A DNA stretch of 64,000 nucleotides, from NCBI RefSeq assembly GCF_009914755.1, contig NC_060932.1; one strand, written 5' to 3'. This document shows positions 1-17,534 of the stretch, piece by piece. The notes beneath the pieces are model-generated. The model was not told the DNA's origin. It did not search any database and was given only the letters and a program-made list of their open reading frames with translations. Both the position numbers and the translations under genes were made by a program. The stretch's first letter is position 1. The number at the start of each line of letters is the position of its first letter. The DNA comes from the human T2T-CHM13v2.0 reference genome, Homo sapiens.

Positions 1-268
1 ATGCTACCTTCAAGCCCAATCCCACAACAATCCTAAATTCTTTGAAACTAAAAATAGCTCAGCTGTTGTCTCATCTGCCAGCAGATGGCCAGACTATTTT
101 TAAGTCAGGATTCTCGAGAGCAGGAATGGATCAGGCTAAGCTAGGGCAGCCTAGACTCCCTCTCTCTGCAGAGAGCTGTAGTAGGGCAGGTACCAAAAGA
201 GGGCAACCTGGAGCTGTTCCTGGGCCTGTGGGCTTCTTATCAGTTGTAACAGTGTAACAGTGTGGGGC

Positions 269-297
269 GGGGGGGGGGGGGGGGGGGGGGGGGGGGG
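269..297 (+). repeat. G29 homopolymer
   Basis: Counted directly; preceded by GGGGC and a short tandem TGTAACAG duplication. Confidence 0.95.
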
Positions 298-1529
298 ATT
301 CTTTCTTTTTTAACCATTCTTTACTTCAAAATGAAGTCTGACATAAGAAAATTTGAAAAACGTTTTACATTAACTCTGCATCCCTTTAAAGGTTTATTTT
401 TCTTTCTGTGAAAATAAAAGTTCCTTGAGAAGTCTTTGAGAATGGATTGTTTTAATGAAGTAAAATTTCCCCTAATCTACATGCTGTTTCATAAGTTATA
501 CTTTTTGACAAAAAAAAAAGTTTTAAGAATACACAATAAGCTGTAATTTCATGAGTATAGTTTACAGAAAATCCATCTATAATTGGCCATATGTTAAAAG
601 GTAGCTGAATTAATTTTGAATGGCAATACTCAGAAATCTACTCACATGCCAATACAATGATTTTCAAACAAAAAAGGATTAAATGTCTGACATACTATGT
701 ATTTTCCTGTTAACTGTCCATCTCCCTTCAGCTGTATGCTCAATAAATATTTGGGGAAAGAATGAAGACAGACAGGTGGGTATTTAGAAGGGTTATAACA
801 CCACCCACAAAATGATCTCTGTATCTTCACCATCCAACACCTACCCACTCACAATCTATAGAACCGAGAGGACTAAATCAGGCCTTTTCAGTTTGCTTTC
901 CCATCCTGCTTAATGGCCACATAGATTACCAACAGACCAGAGCGGGCCTGGCCCAGGTCTCAATAGTGAAGTGGAGAAGATAAGTCTCTAACGGTCTTCA
1001 AGGACAATACATTTGTGGGAATACCATCTTCCTGCAAAATATACTTTCTGCAAAGACAAAATGAGTTATGCTTATCAATTTATGTTTGGGTGGTGATGTA
1101 GATAGACTGCAAGGGAAGAAACAAAGTTCACCAGGGATTAGCTACCATGAGATTACTGAGATTTTGCTTTGTTGGAGGCTAAATGTAACTTTACGAAATG
1201 TGGGAAAAAATGCCTCATACATCTCAAGTAAATAAAGTACTGTGGTGCCTAGCCCTTCCCTGGATAGTCACATTCCTCGTAACAAGCTTCTATTGAGTAT
1301 ACAGAAGGGACAAAAAAGTAAAAACTGTCAAAATCTGGAATAGACAACCCTGGTACAGTTGGCACACATATCAAGTAATCCCGACCTCCAGAAATGGCAA
1401 GGACCATTTAGAGCGCTATAGGCCCTCTAAAGATGATGCTCATGAGTGGTAGGGAATACCCAATGCACGAGTTAACAGGACAGTGCAATCACATTTATGG
1501 CACATTAGAGGAGATGTGACCATACAATC

Positions 1530-1650
1530 ATTAAGTTCAATACCCTAATTTTACAGAGAACTTAAGGCCCAGGGACTTGCCTAATACTACAACGTAACAG
1601 AACTGGGATTTAAACCTAGGATCTCAGACTCTCATTCCAGTAGGCTCTCC
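1530..1650. mobile_element. MIR fragment
   Basis: Core-like ATTTTACAGAGAACTTAAGGCCCAG...GGGATTTAAACCTAGG. Confidence 0.55.
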
Positions 1651-1797
1651 ATTAAAATATGCTTACTTATGTTACTACTTTGGAGAAGGAAAATATATAC
1701 ATACACACAACACACTCCATTTCTTCAGTTTGATACTTACAATTTAATGTATTAAAAATATGTTGTAACATGAAAAATCTGAATTATAAAAAATTAA

Positions 1798-2104
1798 GGC
1801 CAGGAGAGGTAGCTCATGCCTATAAACTCAGCACTTTGGGAGGCCAAGGTGGGAGGCTCTCTTCAGCCCAGATTTGGAGACCAGCCTGGGCGATATAGAG
1901 AGACCGCCATCTCCACCAAAAAAAAAAAAAAAAAAAAAAAATTAGCCAGGTGTGGTGGTGTGCCTGAAGTCCCAATTACTTGGGAGGCTGAGGCAGGAGG
2001 AATGCCTGATCCTGGGAGTTTGAGGCGGCACTGAGCACTGATTGTGTCACTGCGCTTCAGTCTGGGTGACAGAGCAAGCCCCTGTCTCAAAAAACAAACA
2101 AAAA
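1798..2104 (+). mobile_element. AluJ-like, with the central linker expanded to an A24 run
   Basis: Both arms recognisable; A run at 1918-1941. Confidence 0.9.
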
Positions 2105-3503
2105 TTTAAAACTTTAATTTGAATCTCTCTAAAGTTCTTCAACCTTCAAGTAATTTACAAACCTACATATAACAATTCTTTTAAAAATCCTGAAATCACT
2201 TTCTCCCCAGTCTCACTCCAATTTAATATTATTCCTTTCAGGATCTAGATATAAATACAGTTTTTGCCACTAGACAACTGTCTTCTCATACACCGGGAAC
2301 AGTCTTTTGTTAGCTACAAAAATAACAAAATGCAAACTTCTGGTCGATAAGTAAGGTGAAAAAATAATCTTAAGCCCCTAATACTACACATTCAAATGTT
2401 TTAAGATGAAATTTCTTCGACGTTTTTCATATTACCAATTTTAACGATCTAGGAAAAAAAAACTACAGTATATTACAGCAAATTAAATGGTAGTCTTCCA
2501 TTTAATAATTAAAAGCTAATTTTAAGTTGTCTAGACTCCTTAACTCTAGCATACTTTAAGTTATTGTGGATTTTTCCCCTTTCAAGAATGCTTTTTTGTA
2601 AAGCCCATTTAACAAGCTTCCTTTTCTTGCCAATTTGACCTAGTGTATTTCCAGTGCTATAAAGTGTAAACATTAGGAATGTATCTTTGTGTTAAATGTT
2701 CTGGTCTCTCAAACGATTTCAACTTTGATGGATGCAATAGATCTAACAATGTTCCCCCTTTAACAACTCCTCATCTGCCTAACCTCATAGGTAGGAGGTA
2801 TTGTTTGGATTTTCCCTGCTGCGGGCTTCATTACACTAGATCTCTTCCATCTGAACTATAAATCACAATTCAAGCTTGAGAGCAGCTGCCACTGTCCAGA
2901 CATGTGGCTGGTGGGTGTCATTGTCTTTTTCATTTTCCTCATTTCAAACCCTCCCTTCCCTTGTCACCTAAAGCCATTTTATCTAAAGGTTCTTTGCTTC
3001 CCTGCTTTCATGCCGCCACCCCCACCCTCACCCCTTAACCACCGGTCTTGTTCTTCCAGGTCAGCCCAGTCAGATACAATATTACTCTATGTTTTTCCTG
3101 TGGCGGAGGCGGAGAGATGTCAGAACGGGCTGCACCTCTTGCAAACCCCTTCTCAAGACTGTCAACAAGGAAACAACTTCAGCAGCCTATCTCCCCAAAG
3201 TACCTCGCCAAACGAAAAAGTTATTGTTAATTATGATACGGAACCTTTCCCACACCCAATCTTGACATACCAGCCCCACCTCAATTTCCAAGCTAATAAA
3301 CAACAGCTCATCTTCTGCTTCATCACAAAGGGTGGTATCCAGTCCGCACCTCACGGACCACCAACAAAATCCTCTCACTCTCAAGTCGATCCCTCGAACC
3401 CAGGTGCCCCGCGATCCTAAGCCCTGCCGCGTTTCCCGAGCCCAGCTCACTGCCCTTCCTCCTCTACCCCGCCTCTGCCCCACATCCAGCCGAGTTCCTG
3501 TCA

Positions 3504-4280
<777 letters not shown>

Positions 4281-4289
4281 CACGCAGCG

Positions 4290-5673
4290 GCCGAACGGCT
4301 GCAGACGAGGAAGCGGCGGCGGCGGCGGCGGCGGCGGCGCTCCCTGCCCAGAGCTGCCGCGGCGCCGGGAGGCTGGGGGCGGAGGGCGGCGCGGGAGGAG
4401 CGGCCCGAGCCGCAGCGCTACGGCGGCCCGGCGGGGCCTCCAGCGTTCGCCTGCAGGGCGGCGTGGGGCGTGGCGGGCCTCTGGTGGCACCGCGCCCAGC
4501 ACTTCGGGCTCTTGGTGGCGGCCGAGCTGCGGGACCAGAGATCCCCCCACTCGGCACCCCTGCTCCTGCCGAGTGAACAGGACTCCTGGCTACTCTGCAC
4601 TGGCTTTCTAACTTTCTGATGGGGGTGCAGTCCTTTGCATTCCAGGGGTCACAGCAACACCCGCATCGCCCGTTCTCAGCCGCAGGGTCTCCGCCTGCAT
4701 CACTCGACTCTAAAATTTCCTTCCCTAGTGCACGGAACTGCTGTCCAGGACTCTGCTCTCCGACTACCTCAGGGAGGATTCTGTTTTGGGAAAAGTAAGC
4801 CAAAACCTATTGATAAGGGTTCAAAAATGTTTCACTTTTTTCTCTCTCTGTCGGATAAATCGGTCAACTCTAGATTTCAGGTCCCTTCTGAATTGACTCA
4901 GTTAAGGTGAATGGTTGTGAATGAGGTCCCTTAGAGTTCTGTGTTTCTGTGCCTTTAATACTAAGATTTAGTCCAGGACATGTAAACCAGTTTAGAATGG
5001 AAAAGCTTTAAGTACAAACAGATTAACACACGTGACCATGTGTTTGCTTTAGTCTGAGTGTAGAACTCAAATTTCTGCAGTATTTAATTTCTACAGTTTC
5101 CTTCTGAGCAGAAAAAGAATACCATAAAAATATTTGCAAACATTATATATGGTGATCTAGGGTCACGTCTCCAAGTTCTAAGCTTCTGTGGCTCCACGCA
5201 CACAGGTTCCCTAATGTTTACTATGCATCTGTCACTGTTCTGTTCTATTAGATTGCCTTAACTATAGGCTTGTCCTAACGTAACCATCCAAACCTAAGGA
5301 AGGAGAAACTTAAGTGACTCTGTGAACTTAGTGAAGTGACCAGATTTAGGAAGGCTAAAACCCAGAGGAAATAAAATGGAAAACTTGAAGGTGACAAATT
5401 AAAGTGGAAAAATAGATTAATTTTTTTAAACTTTATTGTCCTGAGAAACAAATCTATAAATTCATTAATTTTATTTTAGAGACTATCTCTAGATTCCTGG
5501 AAATGAAGGATTCATTATACTCTTAGATCAGATATAATACTGATTTCTGTGTATACGTTAATAAACTTTTTTAGAACAAGTTCCATTTCTTTTATTTTTT
5601 TCTTCCCTTCTTTCACAGGTGTTGATCCATTTCTAATTCATCTTTGTTTCTTCATAATGGAGTGTTGTGCCAG
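4290..5673 (+). ncRNA. Putative divergent lncRNA (ARFGEF1-DT-like), first exons; structure uncertain
   Basis: CpG island extends ~400 nt beyond the inferred ARFGEF1 TSS; plus-strand donor AA|GTAAGC at 4795; strong acceptor (long pyrimidine tract, TTTCACAG|G) at 5618; donor CAG|GTACTG at 5674. Confidence 0.4.
4313..4339 (+). repeat. (GCG)9 trinucleotide repeat
   Basis: Nine uninterrupted GCG units counted directly. Confidence 0.97.
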
Positions 5674-5689
5674 GTACTGTTGAGGGTAC

Positions 5690-6150
5690 TAGCTGATCAC
5701 CAAACCCATTTACTCTTCTTTCTTAGTATAGAATTGCATTGTCCAGCCTCCCTTGAAGTTAGGTGTAGCCATCCAGGCTTAACCTATTGTTAAAAAACCA
5801 ACAAGAAATTCCCACAAGCAATCTTTCATGCTGTTTCCCTTTTTTTTTTTTTTCTTTTGGTAGAGATGGCATCTCACCATGTTGAACTCGTGGCCTCAAG
5901 CGATCCTCCTGCCTCAGCCTCCCAGTGCTGAGATTACAGGCATAAGCCACCATGCCCAGTCTCTCTTTTCCCTTCTATGGCCACAGCTGAAGATGGCAGA
6001 ACCACAAGTTAGGAGTCTTAGTTTCTGAATTGGAACTCTTGGAGAAGAACCATCTAGAATAACTATTTTGTACTTTACATGAACGAAGCAGACTCTTCGG
6101 TTATGTTTAGCTGTCAGCTTTATCGTAAAACATACTTGGGATTCATTGAT
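5690..6150. mobile_element. Old MLT1-like MaLR LTR interrupted by a FLAM/left-arm Alu (5839-5960, minus)
   Basis: GAAGATGGCAGAACCACAAG-type MLT motif; Alu left monomer in reverse. Confidence 0.55.
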
Positions 6151-6164
6151 GAACAAGACAAGCT

Positions 6165-6402
6165 GGCACCTGTAGTCCCAGCACTTTGGGAGGCCAAGGC
6201 AGGAGAATGGCTTGAGGCCGGGATTTGCAGATGAAACTGGGCAACGTAGCAAGACACTGTCTTTACAAAAAATAAAGAAAAATTAGCCAGGCACGGTGGC
6301 ATCCACCTGTAGTTGCAGCTGCTCAGGAGACTGAGGAGGAAGGATCGCTTGAGCTCAGGAGTTCGAGGCTGCAGTGAACTATGATATGATAGTGCCACAG
6401 CA
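6165..6402 (+). mobile_element. AluJ-like, truncated at both ends
   Basis: CCCAGCACTTTGGGAGG...GGATCGCTTGAGCTCAGGAGTTCGAGGCTGCAGTGA. Confidence 0.85.
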
Positions 6403-6449
6403 TTCATAATCATCTCATCTGCTTGCCTTGCTTGTTGATTGGTTGCATG

Positions 6450-7480
6450 TTTCTCTCATAAGTGCAGGGACCTCATATCTCTGTCTATTCACTTCTGTGT
6501 GCCCATCATCTATTATATTGCTGGCATAGAGAAGGCCTTTGCTATAAACTTATAGAAACTTGGATAAATGAAAGGCACCAGGCTAAGACAAGCATGATAC
6601 CTGCCCTTTTGGACCTTACAGTATAGAGTAGGGAAAAGATATTAAGTCAGTAGTGAATATACAATTACAAATCTGTTGAGTATGATTAAAGAATAGAGTG
6701 CTGTGAGAGAAGGGAGAAGTAAATTAAATTGAGACCTGAAAGAAGAGTAGACATTAGCCAAACTAAGTCATGAAGAACTTTCCAGGCAAAGTCTCTTGGG
6801 GTAGGGGGAAGCTTGGCAAGTTTCAGGAAACAAAACAAGGCAGTGTGGCTGAAAGGATCAAGGAGAATGGTGCCAGTCAGGATGAAGAGGGAGCTAGGAA
6901 CCAGATCATTCAGACTCTCGTAGGCCATGTTAGGGGGTTGCAATTTCATCGTAATAACAATGGAAATTCATTGAAAGGTTTTAAAAGTGGGGGATAAAGT
7001 GATCAAATTGGTGATTTTAAAATAATCCCTCTGTTACATGGAGAATGGATTGGAGGGGGAGAAGTGAGGATGTGGCAAAACATTTTAAGAAATTTATTAC
7101 AACAGCGCAGGATGGCTTGGTCAGGTCCAGGGCCACCAAGCAAGGTTGTGGAGATCGTGGCACAAGGGAGCAAGTGTGGCTGAAATCCAGCCCCACTGTC
7201 TGCCCAAAAGAAGAGGCTTCTTTCACTAATTTGCATAAAGGTTAGCCCAGAAATGACAGTGGTAGCATGGAGATGGAGCAAAGTAGACAGATTTGGGATA
7301 TACTTTGGTGGCAGAATAAACCGGACTTAATTAACTGGAGTGCAGGTTAGAGAGAGAAAGAGGTCACAAATGAATACCAGGTTTCTGCTGGGAACCAGTG
7401 AACAGTTGGAAATGCCATTTGTAGAGATAGGCTAGATGGAAGATTTGAGGGTAAAGAGTGTAGTTGTCAGTTTCAGAAGA
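6450..7480. mobile_element. L2 relics
   Basis: Typical degraded L2 3'-region phrases (GAGACCTGAAAGAAGAGTAG, CCAGATCATTCAG, GATTTGGGATATACTTTG). Confidence 0.6.
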
Positions 7481-7737
7481 ATAAACTCCTCTGAGATATG
7501 ACCTAACCCTCCCAGAAGGAATGATTTGCATCTTCCTTTGGGAGGACAACTCATCCTCTTCCCTTGCTGGGTTTACCCAAAAGGTGGTGGTGCTTGAGGG
7601 TGGAGGGGGGTAGGAGTAGTCTTACGAGATGGGCACTCCTATCCACTTGAAACTCAAGATACTAACTCAGACCTGTAGCAAAAATAGAGTAAGACTCTAG
7701 AATAAAGCTGATGCTCTTGGATATTTTCAATCTTTTA

Positions 7738-8097
<360 letters not shown>

Positions 8098-8294
8098 TTA
8101 TGAGTACATTCCCCTGTATATATATATTTTTTACTTTTTATTATTAATGTTGTTTGGTGCTAATATACAGCTATGTAAATAAATGCAATCTCAGTATTCA
8201 CTTGCACTTGGCTCCTTGCAGTTTTCAAAACATCCAAATTCTATTTCTGAATTTCTAAAATATCTATCCTCTAAATTTTGAAATATATTTTTCC

Positions 8295-8490
<196 letters not shown>

Positions 8491-8959
8491 ATATTTTTCT
8501 TATACATAATTGCTTTCCTGAGTCCATTTTGCCTCTCAGTTTGCACTCTCACCTTCCTATCACCTAATTCCCCCTCATCATTTCCCCTTCCATCTGTTAG
8601 TTTGCTGCGTACTAGCTGCTTTGGCTTTACTTCTTGGATAATTTTCCCACTTGTTTCCAAAGAGTCAAATAATATCAAGCAATAAAAGACTTTGATCTGG
8701 GTTTTAGCATCTTTATTGGTGTGCTTTATCATAGTCCTTTTAAATATAGATATACATTGAGTGTAACACAAAGATTAAAATCTGAATAAAATTTTAATTA
8801 ATGTGGAGCATATTTGGTTGATGTTGAAAGCCAATATTAGTTAACATAAAAAATAACATCATGTTTACTTGACTAAAAAAAACTATGTGATGCCTCCGGT
8901 AGTCTTTCTCACATAATCTCAGAATTTAAACATTCCATAATCTGACTCCTGACATTGGT

Positions 8960-9390
8960 AGAGGAGGAAAAAAATTATTTTCCCTCTACCCGTGTTGTTA
9001 GTTCATTGGCTGGGGCTCTGCAAATTAGATGGACAAAAGACAGATTAATAAAAGCAAAGATGTATTAACCTGTGCGTGGTACAGTTATGGGAGTACTCAG
9101 TGATGAGTAACTCAAAAGTGTGGTGGTTAGAACTTGTTCTTCCATAGCATCGTAATAAAATAACAATAAATTTTTAGAAAAATCCTACAAAGGAAAGGAC
9201 TTTGAGTTTCTAGCGTAGCAAATTTGGGAAGCAAATTTGAGAGAACTAGCAGAAGATGAAAGCTAGGTAATAAAATTTGTTATGTATTATTGAATCCTAA
9301 GGGTCCAGAGTTGTCTCCAGTGATTAACTTTTGTCTTTCCTGGTAAAGGGGTGGGGGTGTGGGAGTGGGCGGGGAGGAGACACCTTTACA
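8960..9390 (-). mobile_element. MER34/MER39-like ERV1 LTR fragment
   Basis: Recalled consensus phrases CAAAAGACAGATTAA, CTCAGTGATGAGTAACTCAAA, AGAGTTGTCTCCAGTGATTAACTT. Confidence 0.55.
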
Positions 9391-10089
9391 AAGCCAGGAT
9401 TACAATTTGGCAAGTCTAGCTCCAGAGCCCATATTCTAAATAACTAAACTATGCCGCCTCTAACAGTTTAGTTTGTCTTTTATGGTAATGCCCCAGTCCC
9501 TCTTCCTCAATTGTACACATGTAGGCACTCGTGTTCCAGCTCATTCCCTTCTCCAAATCACCCTCTACCTTTTATCCCCATGCAACGTACTCATATAAAC
9601 ACCAAGTTCATTCACACCTGTGTGCCTTTGTTCGTCTTTCAAATGATCCAGAGTGCTCACTGCCACCTTTCTTTTATTTGTTCTCCCCAAAGGCTTCCCA
9701 ACCTTCAAAGTCTCTTTGAAATTCCATCCTCTCCTAAAAGTTCTTTCTTCTACCTGCAGTAACACTATTCTCTCCCTTCTGTGTCTACACTTTATGCCTA
9801 ACTGTCCCCAGTAGTGTTGAATTCTCTACTTTTAAGTTTTTGAAGACTAGGCATACACAAAAAGATGAGGCAGCCAACTTAGCAAAAGATGAGAAACATT
9901 GATTAAACAGAAACAATCAGTTTTGCTGAAACCACAATAATGGCATGACTAATAGAAGAAAGGCCATCTCCAAAATAAATGGTCTGCTTTCTTGGCTTTT
10001 CATGTAAGCTAATTTGATATTCCACTTTCACTAGTCTGCTTGTTTTTACCTCATTTATTAAGACAGTAAATGGATATAGTGTATCTTTA

Positions 10090-10395
10090 GCCAAGCGCAG
10101 TGGCTCATTCCCATAATCGCAGCACTTTGGGAGGCCGAGGCAAGCAGATCACCTGAGTTCAGGAGTTTGAGAACGACCTGGCCAACATGGTGACACCTGG
10201 TCTCTACCAAAAAAAAGAAAAAAAAAAAAATTAGCAGGGTGTGATGGCACATGCCTGTAATCTCAGCCACTTGGAAGGCTGAGGCAGGAGAATCGCTTGA
10301 ACCTGGGAGGCGAAGGTTCAACGAGCTGAAATTTGCACCACTGCACTCCAGCCTGGGTGACAAGAGTGAAACTCAGTCTCCAAAAAAATAAAAAA
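10090..10395 (+). mobile_element. AluS
   Basis: Full length; TSD GGATATAGTGTATCTTTA at 10072 and 10396. Confidence 0.95.
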
Positions 10396-10859
10396 GGATA
10401 TAGTGTATCTTTAAACTGGGTGGTTCTACTTGTTGTCCTGCAGGCAAGGTATCAAGACATTGGACAGGGCAGACAGAGGGAGAGCATTGTGTATTAAAGA
10501 ATTTGATTTAGAAAGAAAAGAAAGCAAATTTTTATTGAAAAAGAGACTATAAGGTGGTATTTGATAAAGAGAACATTCCAAAAAGTTAGAATGTGGTTGC
10601 AAAAAAATAAATAAATAAATACAAATCTAGAGCCATATGGCTTTTCGTGAATTTAAAACCATCCAATGCTAATCTTTTACAGAATAACAAAATTGAAAGC
10701 ATAAACTCTTAAATTTTCCTACTATGTTTGGTTTCACAATTCTCTAGCATGACGAAAGGTACTTACTTTTAATCTATAGCACTGTACTCTACTTTTCTCT
10801 ACACAGTTGTAATTTTTCCCGGAAAGTCACACCAATGATAGCTACTACTTATTGGATAT

Positions 10860-11070
10860 TTACTTTGTATGAAGCTCTTGGCAAGCATTAAGTCACTTAA
10901 TCCTTAATCCACAACTCAGTGATACATATATTATTATTTCTTTTTTATAGTTGAGAAGGAAAAAAGTTCAACAAGTTAATTGCCCAAGGTTACAGTGTAG
11001 CACAACCAAATACAAATCTAAGTTTGTCATTTGCCATAATCCATGGATGCTCTTAACCATTGTTTCATCC
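10860..11070. mobile_element. MIR relic
   Basis: CACTTAATCCT..CACAAC; AAGTTAATTGCCCAAGGTTACA. Confidence 0.55.
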
Positions 11071-11310
11071 TATTTCTTTCTTCGTCACATATTTCTAAAT
11101 ATCCGTTTGAGATGACTTCTCACCAGTATTGTGCCATAATTATTTTAAGGCAGGACCACATTGTCTCTTTCTTTTGAAACTACCCTCAACAGTTAGTACA
11201 CTGAAAATAATTTTAAGTGTTAATGAATAAGTGGACATTAATCTTTCTAATGAGGTCAGGTTTTCCAAAATTTTTTTAATGGGAATTTTTTTATTAAAAG
11301 CCTGCCTTTT

Positions 11311-12005
11311 GAGGGAGGTGGGGGGGTCAGCCCCCCGCCCGGCCAGCCGCCCCGTCCGGGAGGTGAGGGGTGCCTCTGCCCGGCCGCCCCTACTGGGAAG
11401 TGAGGAGCCCCTCTGCCAGGCCACCACCCTGTCTGGGAGGTGTACCCAACAGCTCATTGAGAACGGGCCATGATGACAATGGCGGTTTTGTGGAATAGAA
11501 AGGGGGGAAAGGTGGGGAAAAGATTGAGAAATCGGATGGTTGCCGTGTCTGTGTAGAAAGAAGTAGACATGGGAGACTTTTCATTTTGTTCTGTACTAAG
11601 AATAATTCTTCTGCCTTGGGATCCTGTTGATCTGTGACCTTACCCCCAACCCTGTGCTCTCTGAAACATGTGCTGTGTCCACTCAGGGTTCAATGGATTA
11701 AGGGCGGTGCAAGATGTGCTTTGTTAAACAGATGCTTGAAGGCAGCATGCTTGTTAAGAGTCATCACCACTCCCTAATCTCAAGTACCCAGGGACACAAA
11801 CACTGCGGAAGGCCGCAGGGTCCTCTGCCTAGGAAAACCAGAGACCTTTGTTCACTTGTTTATCTGCTGACCTTCCCTCCACTATTGTCCTATGACCCTG
11901 CCAAATCCCCCTCTGCGACTAACACCCAAGAATGATCAATTTAAAAAAAAAAAAAAAAGCTGTATAGTAACACAGTAAACAGCTACTAACACATAAAAAA
12001 AAAAA
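11311..12005 (+). mobile_element. 5'-truncated SVA (SVA_D-like): VNTR end, SINE-R, two poly(A) tracts
   Basis: VNTR units GGGAGGTGGGGGGGTCAGCCCCCCGCCCGGCCAGCCGCCCCGTCC; SINE-R about 11440-11940; 15-bp TSD AAAAGCCTGCCTTTT at 11296-11310 and 12006-12020 at a TT|AAAA L1 endonuclease site. Confidence 0.96.
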
Positions 12006-12363
12006 AAAAGCCTGCCTTTTAAAGAAATTGAATTTTTAGTTTACTTTAAAACTTTTGGAAAAAGAAATTTTCAGGCCCAAATGGTTTCATTCCTGAATTC
12101 TATCAAACATTTAGAGAAGAAATAACACCATCTCTTTCAGAGAAAAGAGAACACTTTTCAGCTTATTGTATGAGGCCAGCAAAATTAAATAAAAACAGGA
12201 CAGAACTACAGATTCATATCCTTCCTGAACATAGATGCAAAGGTCCTCAACAAAATATTAGCAAATCAAAATCAGCAAACTGTTAAAAGAATAATACACC
12301 ACAACCAACAGGAGGTTCATGCTGGGAATGCTAGCTGGGGCACTGTTAGAAAAGCAACTAAGG

Positions 12364-12669
<306 letters not shown>

Positions 12670-12707
12670 TTATTGACTACACTAGCAGACTAAAAGAAAA
12701 ACTACCT

Positions 12708-13016
12708 GGCCCTGGCGCGGTGGCTCAGCCTGTAATCCCAGCCCTTTGGGAAGCCAAGGTGGGCAGATCACAAGGTCAGGAGTTCGAGACCAGCCTGACC
12801 AACATGGTGAAACTCCGTCTCTACCAAAAACACCAAAATTAGCTGGGCATGGTGGCACGTGCCTGCAGTCCCAGCTACTCAGGAGGCTGAGGCAGGAGAA
12901 TCACTTGAATACAGGAAGGGGAGATTGCAGTGAGCTGAGATCACGCCACTGCACTCCAGCCTGGGCGACAGAGTGAGACTCTGTCTCAAAAAAAAAAAAA
13001 AAAAAAAAAAGAGAGA
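12708..13016 (+). mobile_element. AluS (Sg-like)
   Basis: TSD AAAAGAAAAACTACCT at 12692 and 13017. Confidence 0.93.
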
Positions 13017-13642
13017 AAAAGAAAAACTACCTGATGACGTCATTTGATGCAGAATAAGCATTTGATAAAATTCAGCATCCATTTATGCTGAAAACTCTCA
13101 GTAAACATACGCAACCTGATAAAGAATATCTTCAAAAAGACCAACAACAGGCAACATACTTAATGGCAAAAATTTGAATGCCGTGAATGGAAAGAAGGCA
13201 AGGATGTTTACTCTCAAGACTCCTATTCAACAGTATACTGAAAGTCCTAACCAGTATAATCAGGCAAGGAAAAGAAAAGGCACACAGGCTGGAATGGAAG
13301 AAACAAACTGTCCTTATTCAGTCAGCGTAATTGTATATGTAGGAACCTACAAAAAAACCTCCTAGAACTTACAATTGAGTTTAACAACTTCACAGGATAT
13401 GAAGTCAGTGAATGAAAATGAATTGTTTTTTTAATTTTTATTTATACTTTAAGTTCTATGGTACATGTACACAACGTGCAGGTTTGATACATAGGTATAC
13501 ATGTGCCATGTTGGTTTGCTGCACCCATCAACTCATCATTTACATTAGGTATTTCTTCTAGTGCTATCCCTCCCCCAGCCCCCACCCCTGACAGGCCCTG
13601 GTGTGTGATGTTACCCGCCCTGTATCCAAGTGATCTCATTGT

Positions 13643-17470
<3,828 letters not shown>

Positions 17471-17534
17471 TATGATGTTTGCTGGTTATTTTGCCTGTTA
17501 ATTGATGCAGTTTCTTCATAGCATCAATGGTGTT

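Noticed and set aside
2902-3420. 172-aa plus-strand ORF with a hydrophobic N-terminus, antisense in intron 1
   Set aside because: No recognisable homology; composition reflects pyrimidine-rich intron sequence. Ribo-seq or PhyloCSF support would be needed.
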